Positions 27,519 through 37,110 of a stretch of 64,000 nucleotides of DNA are shown piece after piece. Position 1 is the stretch's first letter, and each line of letters opens with the position of its first letter. Made by a program: the position numbers and the translations under genes. The DNA is taken from positions 87,644-151,643 of the forward strand of contig JBAQNU010000024.1 in the NCBI GenBank assembly GCA_049304095.1. Direction: 5' to 3'. The notes beneath the pieces were generated by a model. The model did no database searches. It was given only the letters and a program-made list of their open reading frames with translations, and was not told the DNA's origin. The stretch is from Candidatus Moraniibacteriota bacterium. Its GTDB lineage: Bacteria > Patescibacteriota > Minisyncoccia > Moranbacterales > UBA2206.

Positions 27519-27959
27519 TTAGATTCTGTCGATATAGAGAATTCCATCCAAGTGATCAATTTCGTGTTGAAAGGCGCGGGCTAAAAGTCCTTCCGCTTCA
27601 AGCAAAACTTCTTTTCCGGCCTTATTCTTTGCGCTCACTTTGACTTTTTTGGAACGTTTGACAGGCAAAAATTGCCCGGGAAAAGAAAGGCAACCTTCGT
27701 CGGCGATTTCTTTGCCCCAAGATTTGGACTTTATTTTTGGATTAATGAGCACATAGGTTTTTCGTTCAAATTTGACGACACAAAGGCGCAGTGATTTTCC
27801 CACTTGTGGAGCAGCTAAACCCATGCCATTGTTTTCCTTCATCGTTTCGAGCATATCCAAAATCAACTCCTGAATCATAGGGTCTTTGGGATTTTCGACT
27901 TCCTCAGCCTTCTTCAAAAGGCAGGGCGCGGGATAAATTTTAATTGGGAGTGTAGTCAT
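27519..27959 (-). CDS. def: Peptide deformylase
   Basis: GLAAPQVG, EGCLSFPG and QHEIDHLDG motifs. Confidence 0.9.
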   Translation of the reverse strand: MTTLPIKIYPAPCLLKKAEEVENPKDPMIQELILDMLETMKENNGMGLAAPQVGKSLRLCVVKFERKTYVLINPKIKSKSWGKEIADEGCLSFPGQFLPVKRSKKVKVSAKNKAGKEVLLEAEGLLARAFQHEIDHLDGILYIDRI

Positions 27960-27967
27960 GAGTTATT

Positions 27968-29983
27968 TTAAGTAGTAGAAATTGGATCAATGTCAATGTT
28001 CCAGCCAGCATGGAGAGTTTTGAGGATTTTTGTTGCCTCCTCTGGCAGCGCCAAGTTGAATTTAATAATCAGTTGTTTAGAAAAACGTCCGCGGACCTTT
28101 GGCACAAAAGCTTCCTGGGGTTCAGTTATTCGCAGACTATTTTCAATAGCAACTAATTGCTCAAAAACCGCTTTTGTTTCAGTGTCAACCTTTTTTTTAT
28201 TATAATCTTGAAAGGTCAATTTGGCAATTTTTCCGAGAGGGGGATAGCTGAGTGCTTCGCGATCAGCCAACTCTTTTTGATAGAAGGAGAGATAATTTTT
28301 TTCGGCTACTGCCGCGAGAAATTTGTTTTGTGGGTGATAGGTCTGCATAATCACTACCCCTGGAAAGCGTGCGCCGGGACGAGCTACTCGACCAGACAGT
28401 TGCACGAGATCAGCATAAGCTTTTTCTCCCGTGTTCCAACTAGGAAAAGTTAAAAGGTTGTCGGCGTCAATCACGGCGACCAGCGCCACACGTGGCAAAT
28501 CCCATCCCTTGGTGATCATTTGGGTGCCAATGAGGATGTCGAATTCACCGCGGGAAAATTCTTGATAGGCCTTTTGTTGAAAATCTTTAGTCTTGGCGTT
28601 TTGTGCGTCGATGCGTAAAATTTTAGCTTCTGGAAAAAGACTCGCCACTTCTTTTTCCACTTTTTGCGTGCCCAGGCCAATATTGCGAAAAACAATTTTT
28701 TTACACTTGGAGCATTCAGGAATAACTGGCGAGCGATAATTGCAAGAGACACAGCGATACTCTCCTGTATTGCCATAAACTAATGCGCGATCGCACTTGG
28801 GACAGCGCAAAACGGTCTTGCAAGCGTCACAAACAGAAAAAGCGCTCATGCCTTGGCGGTTAATAAAAAGAATGACCTGCAAGCGATTTTTGAGCGCATA
28901 ACTGATTTCTGCTTTAAGTTTTTTGGAAATACAAGAATAGTTTTTAACCCAGCGTTCTTTTTTCATGTCCACTAAAATTGTTTCCATTGGTGGTTGTTTG
29001 AGTCGGTCTAATTTTAGCGGTGGCAGTTCAAGCAGTTGAGCCGTTCCGATTTGCGTCCGATAGAAAGATTCCACTCTTGGTGTGGCAGAACCGAAAACAA
29101 TCTGGCAGTCATATATCTCTGCCAGTTTTTCCGCTACCGTTCTAGCGTCATAGCGCGGGCTCATATCCCAAGACTTGAAAGACATGTCTTGTTCTTCATC
29201 AATCACAATGAGCGAGAGTTTTTGAAAAGGTGCAAAAATGGCCATGCGTGTGCCGATAATAATTTTCGCCTCGCCAGAGGCGATGCGCGACCAGTTGGCA
29301 AAAAATTCTCCGGCAGAGAGATTACTACTGAGTAGTGCGATCTCGTTTGGATTAAAATAGGCGCCATAACGTTCTAGTGCTTGTGGCGTTAATGTTTTTT
29401 CTGGTACTAAAATCAAAAATTGATTTTCGGGATTTTGTTTTTTGAACTCGATGACGGAGTGAATATAGACTTCTGTTTTTCCTGCTCCGGCTGGACCGAA
29501 AAGCAAGTAAGTTCTATTTTTCGCAGCGTCTTTTTTTGAATTAGTTTTGGAAATCAATATTACAGCTTTTTTTTGTTCTGGTGTTAATGTAATCTTTGGC
29601 GTTATTTTCTCCCCGATAGTTATCGTGGATTTTTTTGGTTTTGTTTTTTGGGATTTTATTACAAAGCTTTTGAGCACAACGCCAAGTGACGAAAAATAAT
29701 ACCCAGAAATATATTCGGCTAATTTGAGTTGTTGTGCTGTGAGAAAATTTTCCTCCAAAACTTTCTCGATTTTTTTAAGCACCATTCCACCTGAGCGAGA
29801 AAAATCAGATTTACTTTCAATCACAACACCGGAAATAGTTTTTCGTGAAAAAGGAATAGACACCAATGTTCCGGCGGATAATTTTTTACTCGCTAGGTAA
29901 TAGAAAAACTGCTCGCGACTAAGCGGGATTTTGACGAGCGGAACAACGCTAAGGATGAATTGTTGTCCTTTTTCTTTTGCCAT
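27968..29983 (-). CDS. priA: Primosomal protein N' (PriA helicase)
   Basis: Walker A GPAGAGKTEVY, DEEQD box, two CxxC...CxxC zinc motifs. Start trimmed to MAKEKGQQ because the longer ORF N-terminus (AELVDAHDSKSCGSN...) is the translated tRNA gene. Confidence 0.8.
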   Translation of the reverse strand: MAKEKGQQFILSVVPLVKIPLSREQFFYYLASKKLSAGTLVSIPFSRKTISGVVIESKSDFSRSGGMVLKKIEKVLEENFLTAQQLKLAEYISGYYFSSLGVVLKSFVIKSQKTKPKKSTITIGEKITPKITLTPEQKKAVILISKTNSKKDAAKNRTYLLFGPAGAGKTEVYIHSVIEFKKQNPENQFLILVPEKTLTPQALERYGAYFNPNEIALLSSNLSAGEFFANWSRIASGEAKIIIGTRMAIFAPFQKLSLIVIDEEQDMSFKSWDMSPRYDARTVAEKLAEIYDCQIVFGSATPRVESFYRTQIGTAQLLELPPLKLDRLKQPPMETILVDMKKERWVKNYSCISKKLKAEISYALKNRLQVILFINRQGMSAFSVCDACKTVLRCPKCDRALVYGNTGEYRCVSCNYRSPVIPECSKCKKIVFRNIGLGTQKVEKEVASLFPEAKILRIDAQNAKTKDFQQKAYQEFSRGEFDILIGTQMITKGWDLPRVALVAVIDADNLLTFPSWNTGEKAYADLVQLSGRVARPGARFPGVVIMQTYHPQNKFLAAVAEKNYLSFYQKELADREALSYPPLGKIAKLTFQDYNKKKVDTETKAVFEQLVAIENSLRITEPQEAFVPKVRGRFSKQLIIKFNLALPEEATKILKTLHAGWNIDIDPISTT

Positions 29984-30037
29984 AGGTTTATTCCAGTATA
30001 GCAGAAAAAGGGATATTTGGGGAAGATTTTTGCTTTG

Positions 30038-30121
30038 TGCCAAAGGAGAGAATCGAACTCTCATGGGATTACTCCCGCACGATTTTGAGTCGTGTGCGTC
30101 TACCAATTCCGCCACTTCGGC
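30038..30121 (-). tRNA. tRNA-Leu (anticodon CAA) with long variable arm
   Basis: Reverse complement folds as a cloverleaf: acceptor stem GCCGAAG/CUUUGGC, D arm, anticodon loop CUCAAAA, 16-nt variable arm, T arm GAGAGTTCGATTCTCTC. CCA is not encoded. Confidence 0.8.
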
Positions 30122-30166
30122 AAATATTTGGACTTAAATTTGATTTGTAGTATACTGTAATTAATT

Positions 30167-30958
30167 ATGGCAAAGATTATTTCATTAGTCAACCAAAAGG
30201 GCGGAGTGGGCAAAACTACCTCGGCCATTAACCTTGCGACATACCTTGCGTCAGCAGGGAAATTTGTGCTCCTTGTTGACCTTGATCCGCAGGGCAATGC
30301 TTCGTCAGGTCTGGGAATTGACATCCGTTCAGTCAAAAAAAGCCTCTATCACACAATGATTTTGGGGGAACACCCGAAAAATGTCATTATGCGTACGGAA
30401 ACATTGGGACACGATTTGATGCCTTCATCGCAAGATTTGGCCGGAGCGGGGATTGAGCTTGTGCACATGGACAATCGCGAATTTCGACTCTACAATGTTC
30501 TGCGTGAAATTCGTACCAGCTATGATTACATCATTATTGATTCGCCACCGAGCCTCGGATTGCTCACGATTAACGGCCTCGTGGCAAGTGATGAAATCAT
30601 TATCCCTGTCCAGACAGAATATTTCGCCCTAGAAGGCTTGAGCCAACTTTTGAATACGATCAGCCTTGTGAAAGAAAATTTACAACCCAAGTTGAAAATT
30701 ATGGGAGCGTTGCTCACGATGTATGACAAGCGCAATCGCTTGTCGCGTCAAGTGGTGAAGGAAGTGCAAGATCATTTTCCCGGGCATGTTTTTGACAGCG
30801 TGATTCCACGCAGTGTGCGCTTGGCTGAAGCGCCAGGATTTGGCAAATCAATCTTAGGATTTGATGCATTTTCTCGTGGCGCGAGGTCATATAAAAGTTT
30901 TGCGAAAGAAGTGATTGGCCTTGAAAAGACAGAGGAGCCAAGAAAATTTAGTGTTTAA
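30167..30958 (+). CDS. parA: Chromosome partitioning ATPase ParA/Soj
   Basis: Deviant Walker A KGGVGKTT; followed by parB. Confidence 0.85.
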   Translation: MAKIISLVNQKGGVGKTTSAINLATYLASAGKFVLLVDLDPQGNASSGLGIDIRSVKKSLYHTMILGEHPKNVIMRTETLGHDLMPSSQDLAGAGIELVHMDNREFRLYNVLREIRTSYDYIIIDSPPSLGLLTINGLVASDEIIIPVQTEYFALEGLSQLLNTISLVKENLQPKLKIMGALLTMYDKRNRLSRQVVKEVQDHFPGHVFDSVIPRSVRLAEAPGFGKSILGFDAFSRGARSYKSFAKEVIGLEKTEEPRKFSV

Positions 30959-30978
30959 AAGATTTATTTAAATAATAT

Positions 30979-31157
30979 AGGAGCTACGCATTTCACCTCG
31001 CAGCCGCATTGACTAAAAAAATAACTCGAACGCTCTTTTTTCTTTTCAAAACTTTCCCTCACTCGGCGGCATCCAATGGAAAGTTTTGAAGAAAAAAGGC
31101 ATTCTCAAACAGGATTTTTTTAGCCAATACGGCTGACTCGGATAAATGCGTAGGTCA
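30979..31157 (+). mobile_element. Copy 3 of the MITE-like repeat, inserted between the parA stop and the parB start
   Basis: Near-identical to copy 1 (same ends aggagnTACGCATTT ... AAATGCGTAgGTC). Degenerate AT-rich flanking repeats (aaataat / aaataaa). Confidence 0.7.
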
Positions 31158-31169
31158 TGAAATAAAAAA

Positions 31170-32102
31170 ATGGCACAAAATTATGGATTAGGTCGGGGAC
31201 TTTCTTCACTTATTCCCCAAAAAGCAAAAAAACTGACTGAACCAGAAGCGGATTTTAATTATTTTGGCTCAGGAAAAAGAGAGGAGAATGATAAGATTGC
31301 ACCAACTAGTGCGCCAAAGTTGATTGAAGACAATGAAGTCGAGATTTCGCGCATCGTGCCCAATCCACATCAACCGCGTTTTCATTTTGATGAAACGAAA
31401 TTGCAAGAGTTGGCCAATTCCATCAAAGAGCATGGCATCATCCAACCGATTGTGGTGAGCAAAAATAATGAAAATAGTTTTGAAATTATTGCCGGGGAAC
31501 GGCGTTTTCAGGCTGCCAAACTGGCGGGACTACTGAAAGTGCCGGTGGTGGTGCGTGATGTAACAGAGCAACAAAAACTAGAGCTGGCGATTATTGAAAA
31601 CATTCAACGGCACGATTTAAATCCAGTGGAAGAGGCCAGATCATATCAAAAACTAATTGATGAGTTTGATTTGAGTCAAGAAGAAGCGGCCACAAAACTT
31701 GGTAAGAGTCGCTCTTCCGTGGCGAATAAGTTACGAATTTTAAGTTTGCCGGTGGAGATTCAAAAAGCGCTGATGGAAGGCAAGATCACCGAAGGTCATG
31801 CCAAGGCAATTCTCGCCATTGAAAACCCCGAAAAGCAAAAAGCGCTATACGAGCTAATTTTGAAAAGTGGTCTGACGGTGCGTCAAACGGAAGAGAAAAC
31901 CAAAGAAGTTTCCGTACGCACACACAAACGCTTAGTCAATGTCGACCCAGAGCAAAAAGCTCTAGAAGACAATCTTTCGCAAGCCCTGAAAACAAAAGTC
32001 AAACTGCAAAAATCCGGCACCGGCGGAAAAATTGTGATTGAATTTTATTCCCAAGAGGAGTTGCAAAGCATCGCAGAGAATATCGAGAGGATTGGGAGAT
32101 AA
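31170..32102 (+). CDS. parB: Chromosome partitioning protein ParB/Spo0J
   Basis: ParB box IIAGERRFQAAKLAG and HTH domain. Confidence 0.85.
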   Translation: MAQNYGLGRGLSSLIPQKAKKLTEPEADFNYFGSGKREENDKIAPTSAPKLIEDNEVEISRIVPNPHQPRFHFDETKLQELANSIKEHGIIQPIVVSKNNENSFEIIAGERRFQAAKLAGLLKVPVVVRDVTEQQKLELAIIENIQRHDLNPVEEARSYQKLIDEFDLSQEEAATKLGKSRSSVANKLRILSLPVEIQKALMEGKITEGHAKAILAIENPEKQKALYELILKSGLTVRQTEEKTKEVSVRTHKRLVNVDPEQKALEDNLSQALKTKVKLQKSGTGGKIVIEFYSQEELQSIAENIERIGR

Positions 32103-32140
32103 AATATTAAATTAACAAAAATTAACTTTAATCAAAAAAT

Positions 32141-32671
32141 ATGGAAAATATTTACAAGCGCGACGTTCGGCCTGGTAATTGGGAAGACTTACAGCATGAT
32201 AAAAGGGCTAATAGCCTCTTAAATTTAAACGAAAACTTAAATTTTCTTGGATTGAAAAAACAAATCACGTCCGATTCGAATATATTAGATATTGGCTCAG
32301 GGAAAGGAGCATTTTCGGAACAATCGATGGAAGAGGGTTTTAAAAATACGATTTCACTTGATATAAATCCAAGGAGCAATAATAAATCATTGAATGAAGT
32401 TAAGGCCAGAATTGAAAGACTTCCTTTTGCTGATGAAACACTTGACCTTGTTCATTCTCAAATGTGTTTTGATGATGAGGTTTATAAACAAAATCAAAAG
32501 CAGATGATGGCAGAAATCGCAAGAGTTTTAAAAAAAGGAGGAATTTATTTTTCATCTGAATATTATTTAAACTCTCAAATTGCTGAAGAGTGTGGACTAA
32601 AGAGAATGATACCTAAAGGGAGGTATCCAGGATATATTGGAGTAGCATCAATTTATTCAAAAGCTGAATAA
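32141..32671 (+). CDS. Class I SAM-dependent methyltransferase
   Basis: Motif I ILDIGSGKGAFSE and post-I acidic residue (SLDIN). Confidence 0.6.
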   Translation: MENIYKRDVRPGNWEDLQHDKRANSLLNLNENLNFLGLKKQITSDSNILDIGSGKGAFSEQSMEEGFKNTISLDINPRSNNKSLNEVKARIERLPFADETLDLVHSQMCFDDEVYKQNQKQMMAEIARVLKKGGIYFSSEYYLNSQIAEECGLKRMIPKGRYPGYIGVASIYSKAE

Positions 32672-32708
32672 AAGGGATTTTTTGTAAATTTGACGTTTAT
32701 TCGTTTTT

Positions 32709-32960
32709 GTGCTAATGTCGTGGTATAAAGTAATTAATTATATGCGTAAAATTGATCTAAAAAATGTGGTTTGGAAAGAGGGGGAGTATTATGTTGCCCA
32801 GTGTTTGAACGTGGACGTTTCTAGCTTTGGAACAACCAAAAAAGAGGCACTGTGCGCATTAGACGAAGCACTTGAATTATATTTTGAGGATATAAAAGTT
32901 CCCAAAGTGACTAGCATTGAAAGACCGGAACTTGTCCAAATGTCAATTTGCCATGCCTAA
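32709..32960 (+). CDS. hicB: HicB-family antitoxin (UPF0150, RNase-H-like fold)
   Basis: 83-aa protein with the YVAQCLNVDVSSFGTTKKEALCALDEALELYFE pattern; overlaps hicA by 8 nt (ATGCCTAA). Confidence 0.6.
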   Translation: MLMSWYKVINYMRKIDLKNVVWKEGEYYVAQCLNVDVSSFGTTKKEALCALDEALELYFEDIKVPKVTSIERPELVQMSICHA

Positions 32961-33171
32961 ACTTTATTCATCTTCAGAAATTATCAAAGTCCTGCAAAAA
33001 CGGGGCTTTGTTTATATTTCCCAAAAAGGCAGTCACGCAAAATTTAGAAAAACTGCCAGTCCAACCTTGACAGCGATTGTTCCAGCGGGGAAAAGAGAAA
33101 TTCCTTTTGGAACTTTCAGATCAATTTTGCGTCAAGCTAATCTAAGTGAAGATGATTTTAGGAAAAAATAA
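32953..33171 (+). CDS. hicA: HicA-family mRNA interferase toxin
   Basis: GSHAKFRK...VPAGKREIPFGTFRSILRQANL matches the HicA/YcfA family. Start set to MPKLYSS, overlapping the hicB stop. Confidence 0.6.
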   Translation: MPKLYSSSEIIKVLQKRGFVYISQKGSHAKFRKTASPTLTAIVPAGKREIPFGTFRSILRQANLSEDDFRKK

Positions 33172-33179
33172 TTCCCTGT

Positions 33180-33206
33180 GTCATCCCCGAGAAGTCGGGG
33201 ATCCAG
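33180..33206 (-). repeat. Small GC-rich palindromic element, inverted-orientation variant gtcat-ccccga-gaag-tcgggg-atccag
   Basis: Same flanks (ctggat...atgac) as the elements at 33308-33335 and 55778-55805; the stem sequence differs but pairing is kept by compensatory changes. Confidence 0.6.
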
Positions 33207-33307
33207 GCACCTCAGGTAATAAAAAAAGAAAAACGAGATTTATTAGTTAAGAAATAGAAGTTAGAGGATTTATAATTCGATTGTTTGTAATCTATAGCCA
33301 GTGGAAC

Positions 33308-33335
33308 CTGGATTCCCGCCTTCGCGGGAATGACA
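33308..33335 (+). repeat. Small GC-rich palindromic element ctgga-ttcccgc-cttc-gcgggaa-tgaca
   Basis: 28-nt identical copy also at 55778-55805. Confidence 0.65.
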
Positions 33336-33343
33336 TTTCTTAG

Positions 33344-34840
33344 CTACAACAAATTATCCTTTTTCAAATACTTCTTAATATGACTCTTAGCCGCAGACGT
33401 GCGGACGAATTTTAGCCAGTCGCGGCTGGGATTTTTGTGGTCGCGAGAAGTGATGATGTCGATTACTTCGCCATTTTGAATCTTATAATCCAAAGTGACC
33501 ATCTTGCCGTTCGCTTTGGCTCCTGTGGCGCGATTGCCAATTTCACTGTGCACGCGATAGGCAAAATCAATCGGCGTGGCGTCTTCCGGCAAATCAATGA
33601 TGTCGCCCAGTGGAGTGAAGGCAAAAATGTGATTTTTGAAAAAATCTAATTTGAGACCCTCCATAAATTCTTGATTGTCCGTGCCCAGTTCAGTTTGCCA
33701 TTCGCGCAGTTGCTTGACCCAAACTAGATCTTCTTCCGGTACAGCGTGCTTGCTTTTGATAAAGAAATTTTTCAACGTGCGCTTTTTTTCGGAATAGATC
33801 CAGTGCGAAGCGATACCATATTCCGCTTCGTCATCCATTTTTTTGGTGCGAATTTGCACTTCTAGGAATGTGCCTTCTGGACCAAAGATTGTCGTGTGAA
33901 TGGATTGATAGCCATTGGGCTTAGGTAGGGAAATATAATCCTTGATTCGTCCAACTAGTGGGCGATATTTTTTATGCACAATACCCAGTGTTTCATAGCA
34001 ATTAGCCAAGTCTGGCACAATCACGCGCACACCAACCAGGTCATAAATTTTGCTAATATCCATGTCATGACGTTTTAGTTTTTGAAAGAGGCTGTGCAAA
34101 TGTTTGGTTCGGCCAAAAATATCGAGCACATTAATGCCTTCCTTGAGCAGTTCTTTTTTGAGCTCATTGACAATGCGATCGATATTTTTTCGGCGTTGTC
34201 CATATTGATCGTGCAATAACTGCTTAGTATAGTTGTAGTTTTTTAGATCAAGATATTGAAAAGCCAGATCTTCCAAGCGCACTTTGACTTCTCCGATTCC
34301 CAGACGGTTAGCAATTGGCACATAGACTTCCATAGTTTCCAAGGCGATGCGTTGTTGTTTTTCCGGTGGCAAATATTCTAGCGTCTCCATATTGTGCAAA
34401 CGGTCAGCCAGCTTTATGAGCACCACACGAATATCAGATGCCATGGCCAGAAACATTTTGCGCAAATTTTCCAAATACAATTCTTCCTTTGTTCCGCGCA
34501 ACTTAATCTTTCCTAGTTTTGTTACGCCGTCCACAAGACTTGCAATTTCTTTGCCAAATTTTTGCTCGATTTCTTTGAGCGTTACTTGTGTATCTTCCGG
34601 GACATCATGCAGAAGTCCTGCGGTGATTGTTTTTGCGCCAAGTCCGATTTTGGCCAAGTTAAGTGCTGTGTTTAGAGGGTGCTCAATATATTCATCGGTG
34701 CCAGATTTCCTTTTTTGTCCCAAATGAGCCTTTTCCGCCATAACATAGGCACTTCTAATTAGCGCCTCGTGCTTGAAATCGAGTTTGAATTTGACATTTT
34801 TGAGGACATCATCAATGGTTATTTTTTTTTCCGCAAACAT
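33344..34840 (-). CDS. rel: Bifunctional (p)ppGpp synthetase/hydrolase (Rel/SpoT homolog, short form)
   Basis: HD hydrolase motif (LLHDVPEDT) and synthetase motif RIKDYISLPKPNGYQSIHTTI. Confidence 0.8.
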   Translation of the reverse strand: MFAEKKITIDDVLKNVKFKLDFKHEALIRSAYVMAEKAHLGQKRKSGTDEYIEHPLNTALNLAKIGLGAKTITAGLLHDVPEDTQVTLKEIEQKFGKEIASLVDGVTKLGKIKLRGTKEELYLENLRKMFLAMASDIRVVLIKLADRLHNMETLEYLPPEKQQRIALETMEVYVPIANRLGIGEVKVRLEDLAFQYLDLKNYNYTKQLLHDQYGQRRKNIDRIVNELKKELLKEGINVLDIFGRTKHLHSLFQKLKRHDMDISKIYDLVGVRVIVPDLANCYETLGIVHKKYRPLVGRIKDYISLPKPNGYQSIHTTIFGPEGTFLEVQIRTKKMDDEAEYGIASHWIYSEKKRTLKNFFIKSKHAVPEEDLVWVKQLREWQTELGTDNQEFMEGLKLDFFKNHIFAFTPLGDIIDLPEDATPIDFAYRVHSEIGNRATGAKANGKMVTLDYKIQNGEVIDIITSRDHKNPSRDWLKFVRTSAAKSHIKKYLKKDNLL

Positions 34841-34851
34841 ATTGATTGAAT

Positions 34852-37110
34852 TTAGCTAGCAAAATCACAATCCTTATTGGAACACTTGTTCTTTCCTTTT
34901 GTAGCGAAAACTAACAGCGAATTGCACTTGGGGCAGGCGTCTCCGGTAGGCTTGGTCCACAGAGAAAAATCACAAGCTGGATAAGTGTTGCAACCATAGA
35001 AGGAGCGTCCTCGTTTAGACTTCCTTTCAACAATGTCTCCAGTTTTACATTTTGGACACTTAACGCCGGTTTTATTTTCAATCCGTTTGATGTTTTTGCA
35101 AGTTGGATAGTTGGAGCAACCTAAGAATGTGCCGAATTTGCCTTTTTTGACAGCCATCTTAGCGCCACATTTTTCGCAAATTTCTCCGGAAAATTCTTGT
35201 TCTAATTTTTTCTCTTCGCCGGTTTTTTCTGTATAACGACAATTAGGATAATTAGAGCAAGCGATGAATTTGCCAAACCGCCCAAATTTCATAATCAGTT
35301 CGCCTCCGCAATCCGGACAGTTTCGATCCAGTTTTTCTTGAAATTCTTCTTTCTTAACTTCCTTGGTTTTGCTTTTCAAGTTTTTGTGAAACGGTTCATA
35401 GAACGCGCGAATGACTGGTACCCATTCTTTTTTGCCTTCAGCAATTTCATCAAAATCTTTTTCTAGTGTCGCGGTAAAGGTAATGTCCACAATTTGCGGA
35501 AAATGCGCAGTCAGAAGATCACTCACCAGTGTGCCAATTTCCAGAGGATAGAGCCTTTTTTCTTCATTTTTATCCACATATTTTCGATCAATAATTGTGG
35601 AGATGGTCGGCGCATAGGTTGATGGTCGGCCGATGCCATGCTCTTCTAGGACCTTCACCAGCGTTGCTTCGTTGTAGCGAGGAGGTTCTTTGGTGTTTTT
35701 TTCTTCCGGAATAGCAGAAACCAGGTCTAATTTATCACCAGTTTCCATTGGAGGCAAAAGTGCATCAGTTTCACTAGTTTTCTTCCCAGCATAAACTTTG
35801 AGATAGCCTTCAAAAGCAACTGTTGATCCGCTAGCGCTGAGCAAATAACTATTTTTTAAATTTTTAGCTGACGCCCCAATCTCAACCTTGACTGAATTGA
35901 AAATGGCTGGTGCCATTTGAGAGGCCAGCATGCGATTCCAGATTAAGCGGTAAAGTTTGTGTTGCTTTGGCTCCAGTTTTGCAGCCAGACTTTCTGGCGA
36001 TTTTTGGGGATCAGTCGGACGAATCGCCTCATGCGCTTCTTGAGCCCCCTTAGAATTATTTTTATAATAGCGTGGCGAATCCAGTGCGAATTCTTTCCCA
36101 AATGTTTTTTGAATCATTTTTTGCGCCGAAACGAGTGACTCCAAGGAAAGATTGACGCTGTCTGTTCGCATATAGGTAATAAAACCTTGTTCATAGAGTT
36201 TTTGGGCCAGCATCATGGTTTGTTTCGAGCTATAACCGAGATTGCTAATGGCTGATTGTTGCAATGTCGAAGTAGTGTATGGCGGTGGCGGAGTTTTTTT
36301 GGTTTCGCGCTTAGTCACATCACTCACAACATATTGACACTTCTCCAAATCAGCGACGATGGTTGTTGCTAATTTTTCTTTGTCTAGAATTGTTTTTTTG
36401 ATTTTATAATCTCCCGCGAAGAGTTTTAATGTTGTTACAGCTTCAAGTTTAGTGTCATTTTGTTTAACTAATTCTGCGGAAAATTCATTGTCCGTGGTTT
36501 CTCTTTGTGTTTTTAGGCGCAGATTAATATTCCAAAAATTTTCACTCTTAAATTTTTCAATTTCTTTTTCCCGTTCAGAGATGATGCGCAAAGCCATTGA
36601 TTGAACGCGTCCAGCGCTGAGGCCTCGACGAATTTTTTTCCAGAGAAATGGCGACAGTTCATAGCCCACCAAGCGGTCGAGGACACGTCTGGCTTGTTGC
36701 GCATCAACTAGATTGAGATCAATCTCTCGAGGATTGGCCAGCGCTTTTTCAATGGCGCTTTTGGTGATTTCATGAAAAACGATGCGGGCAATTTTTTCGC
36801 CATGCATTTTCTTTTGAAGTTCAAGCGCTGTGGCGAGGTGCCAGGAAATCGCCTCTCCTTCGCGGTCTTCGTCAGTTGCCAGAATTACCTCGTCAGCTTT
36901 TTGGGTTAGTTTTTTCAGTTCAATAACGCGATCTGCTACTTTATTGGGAATGACATACTGGGGGGTAAAATTGTTTTCAATATCCACGCCCATTTCTTTT
37001 TCCGGCAAATCGCGAATATGGCCAAAACTAGACTTGACTGTGTAGCTTTTATCTAGAAATTTGGAAATGGTTTTGGCTTTAGTAGGGGACTCAACGATAA
37101 TTAGTTTCAT
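34852..37110 (-). CDS. topA: DNA topoisomerase I
   Basis: Toprim N-terminus MKLIIVESPTKAKTI, catalytic core, C-terminal C4 zinc ribbons. Confidence 0.9.
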   Translation of the reverse strand: MKLIIVESPTKAKTISKFLDKSYTVKSSFGHIRDLPEKEMGVDIENNFTPQYVIPNKVADRVIELKKLTQKADEVILATDEDREGEAISWHLATALELQKKMHGEKIARIVFHEITKSAIEKALANPREIDLNLVDAQQARRVLDRLVGYELSPFLWKKIRRGLSAGRVQSMALRIISEREKEIEKFKSENFWNINLRLKTQRETTDNEFSAELVKQNDTKLEAVTTLKLFAGDYKIKKTILDKEKLATTIVADLEKCQYVVSDVTKRETKKTPPPPYTTSTLQQSAISNLGYSSKQTMMLAQKLYEQGFITYMRTDSVNLSLESLVSAQKMIQKTFGKEFALDSPRYYKNNSKGAQEAHEAIRPTDPQKSPESLAAKLEPKQHKLYRLIWNRMLASQMAPAIFNSVKVEIGASAKNLKNSYLLSASGSTVAFEGYLKVYAGKKTSETDALLPPMETGDKLDLVSAIPEEKNTKEPPRYNEATLVKVLEEHGIGRPSTYAPTISTIIDRKYVDKNEEKRLYPLEIGTLVSDLLTAHFPQIVDITFTATLEKDFDEIAEGKKEWVPVIRAFYEPFHKNLKSKTKEVKKEEFQEKLDRNCPDCGGELIMKFGRFGKFIACSNYPNCRYTEKTGEEKKLEQEFSGEICEKCGAKMAVKKGKFGTFLGCSNYPTCKNIKRIENKTGVKCPKCKTGDIVERKSKRGRSFYGCNTYPACDFSLWTKPTGDACPKCNSLLVFATKGKNKCSNKDCDFAS

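Noticed and set aside
29984-30115. N-terminal 44 codons of the listed priA ORF (27968-30115)
   Set aside because: The translation AELVDAHDSKSCGSNPMRVRFSP is the hallmark of an ORF reading through a tRNA gene; tRNA-Leu occupies 30038-30121. priA is truncated to start at MAKEKGQQ (29983).
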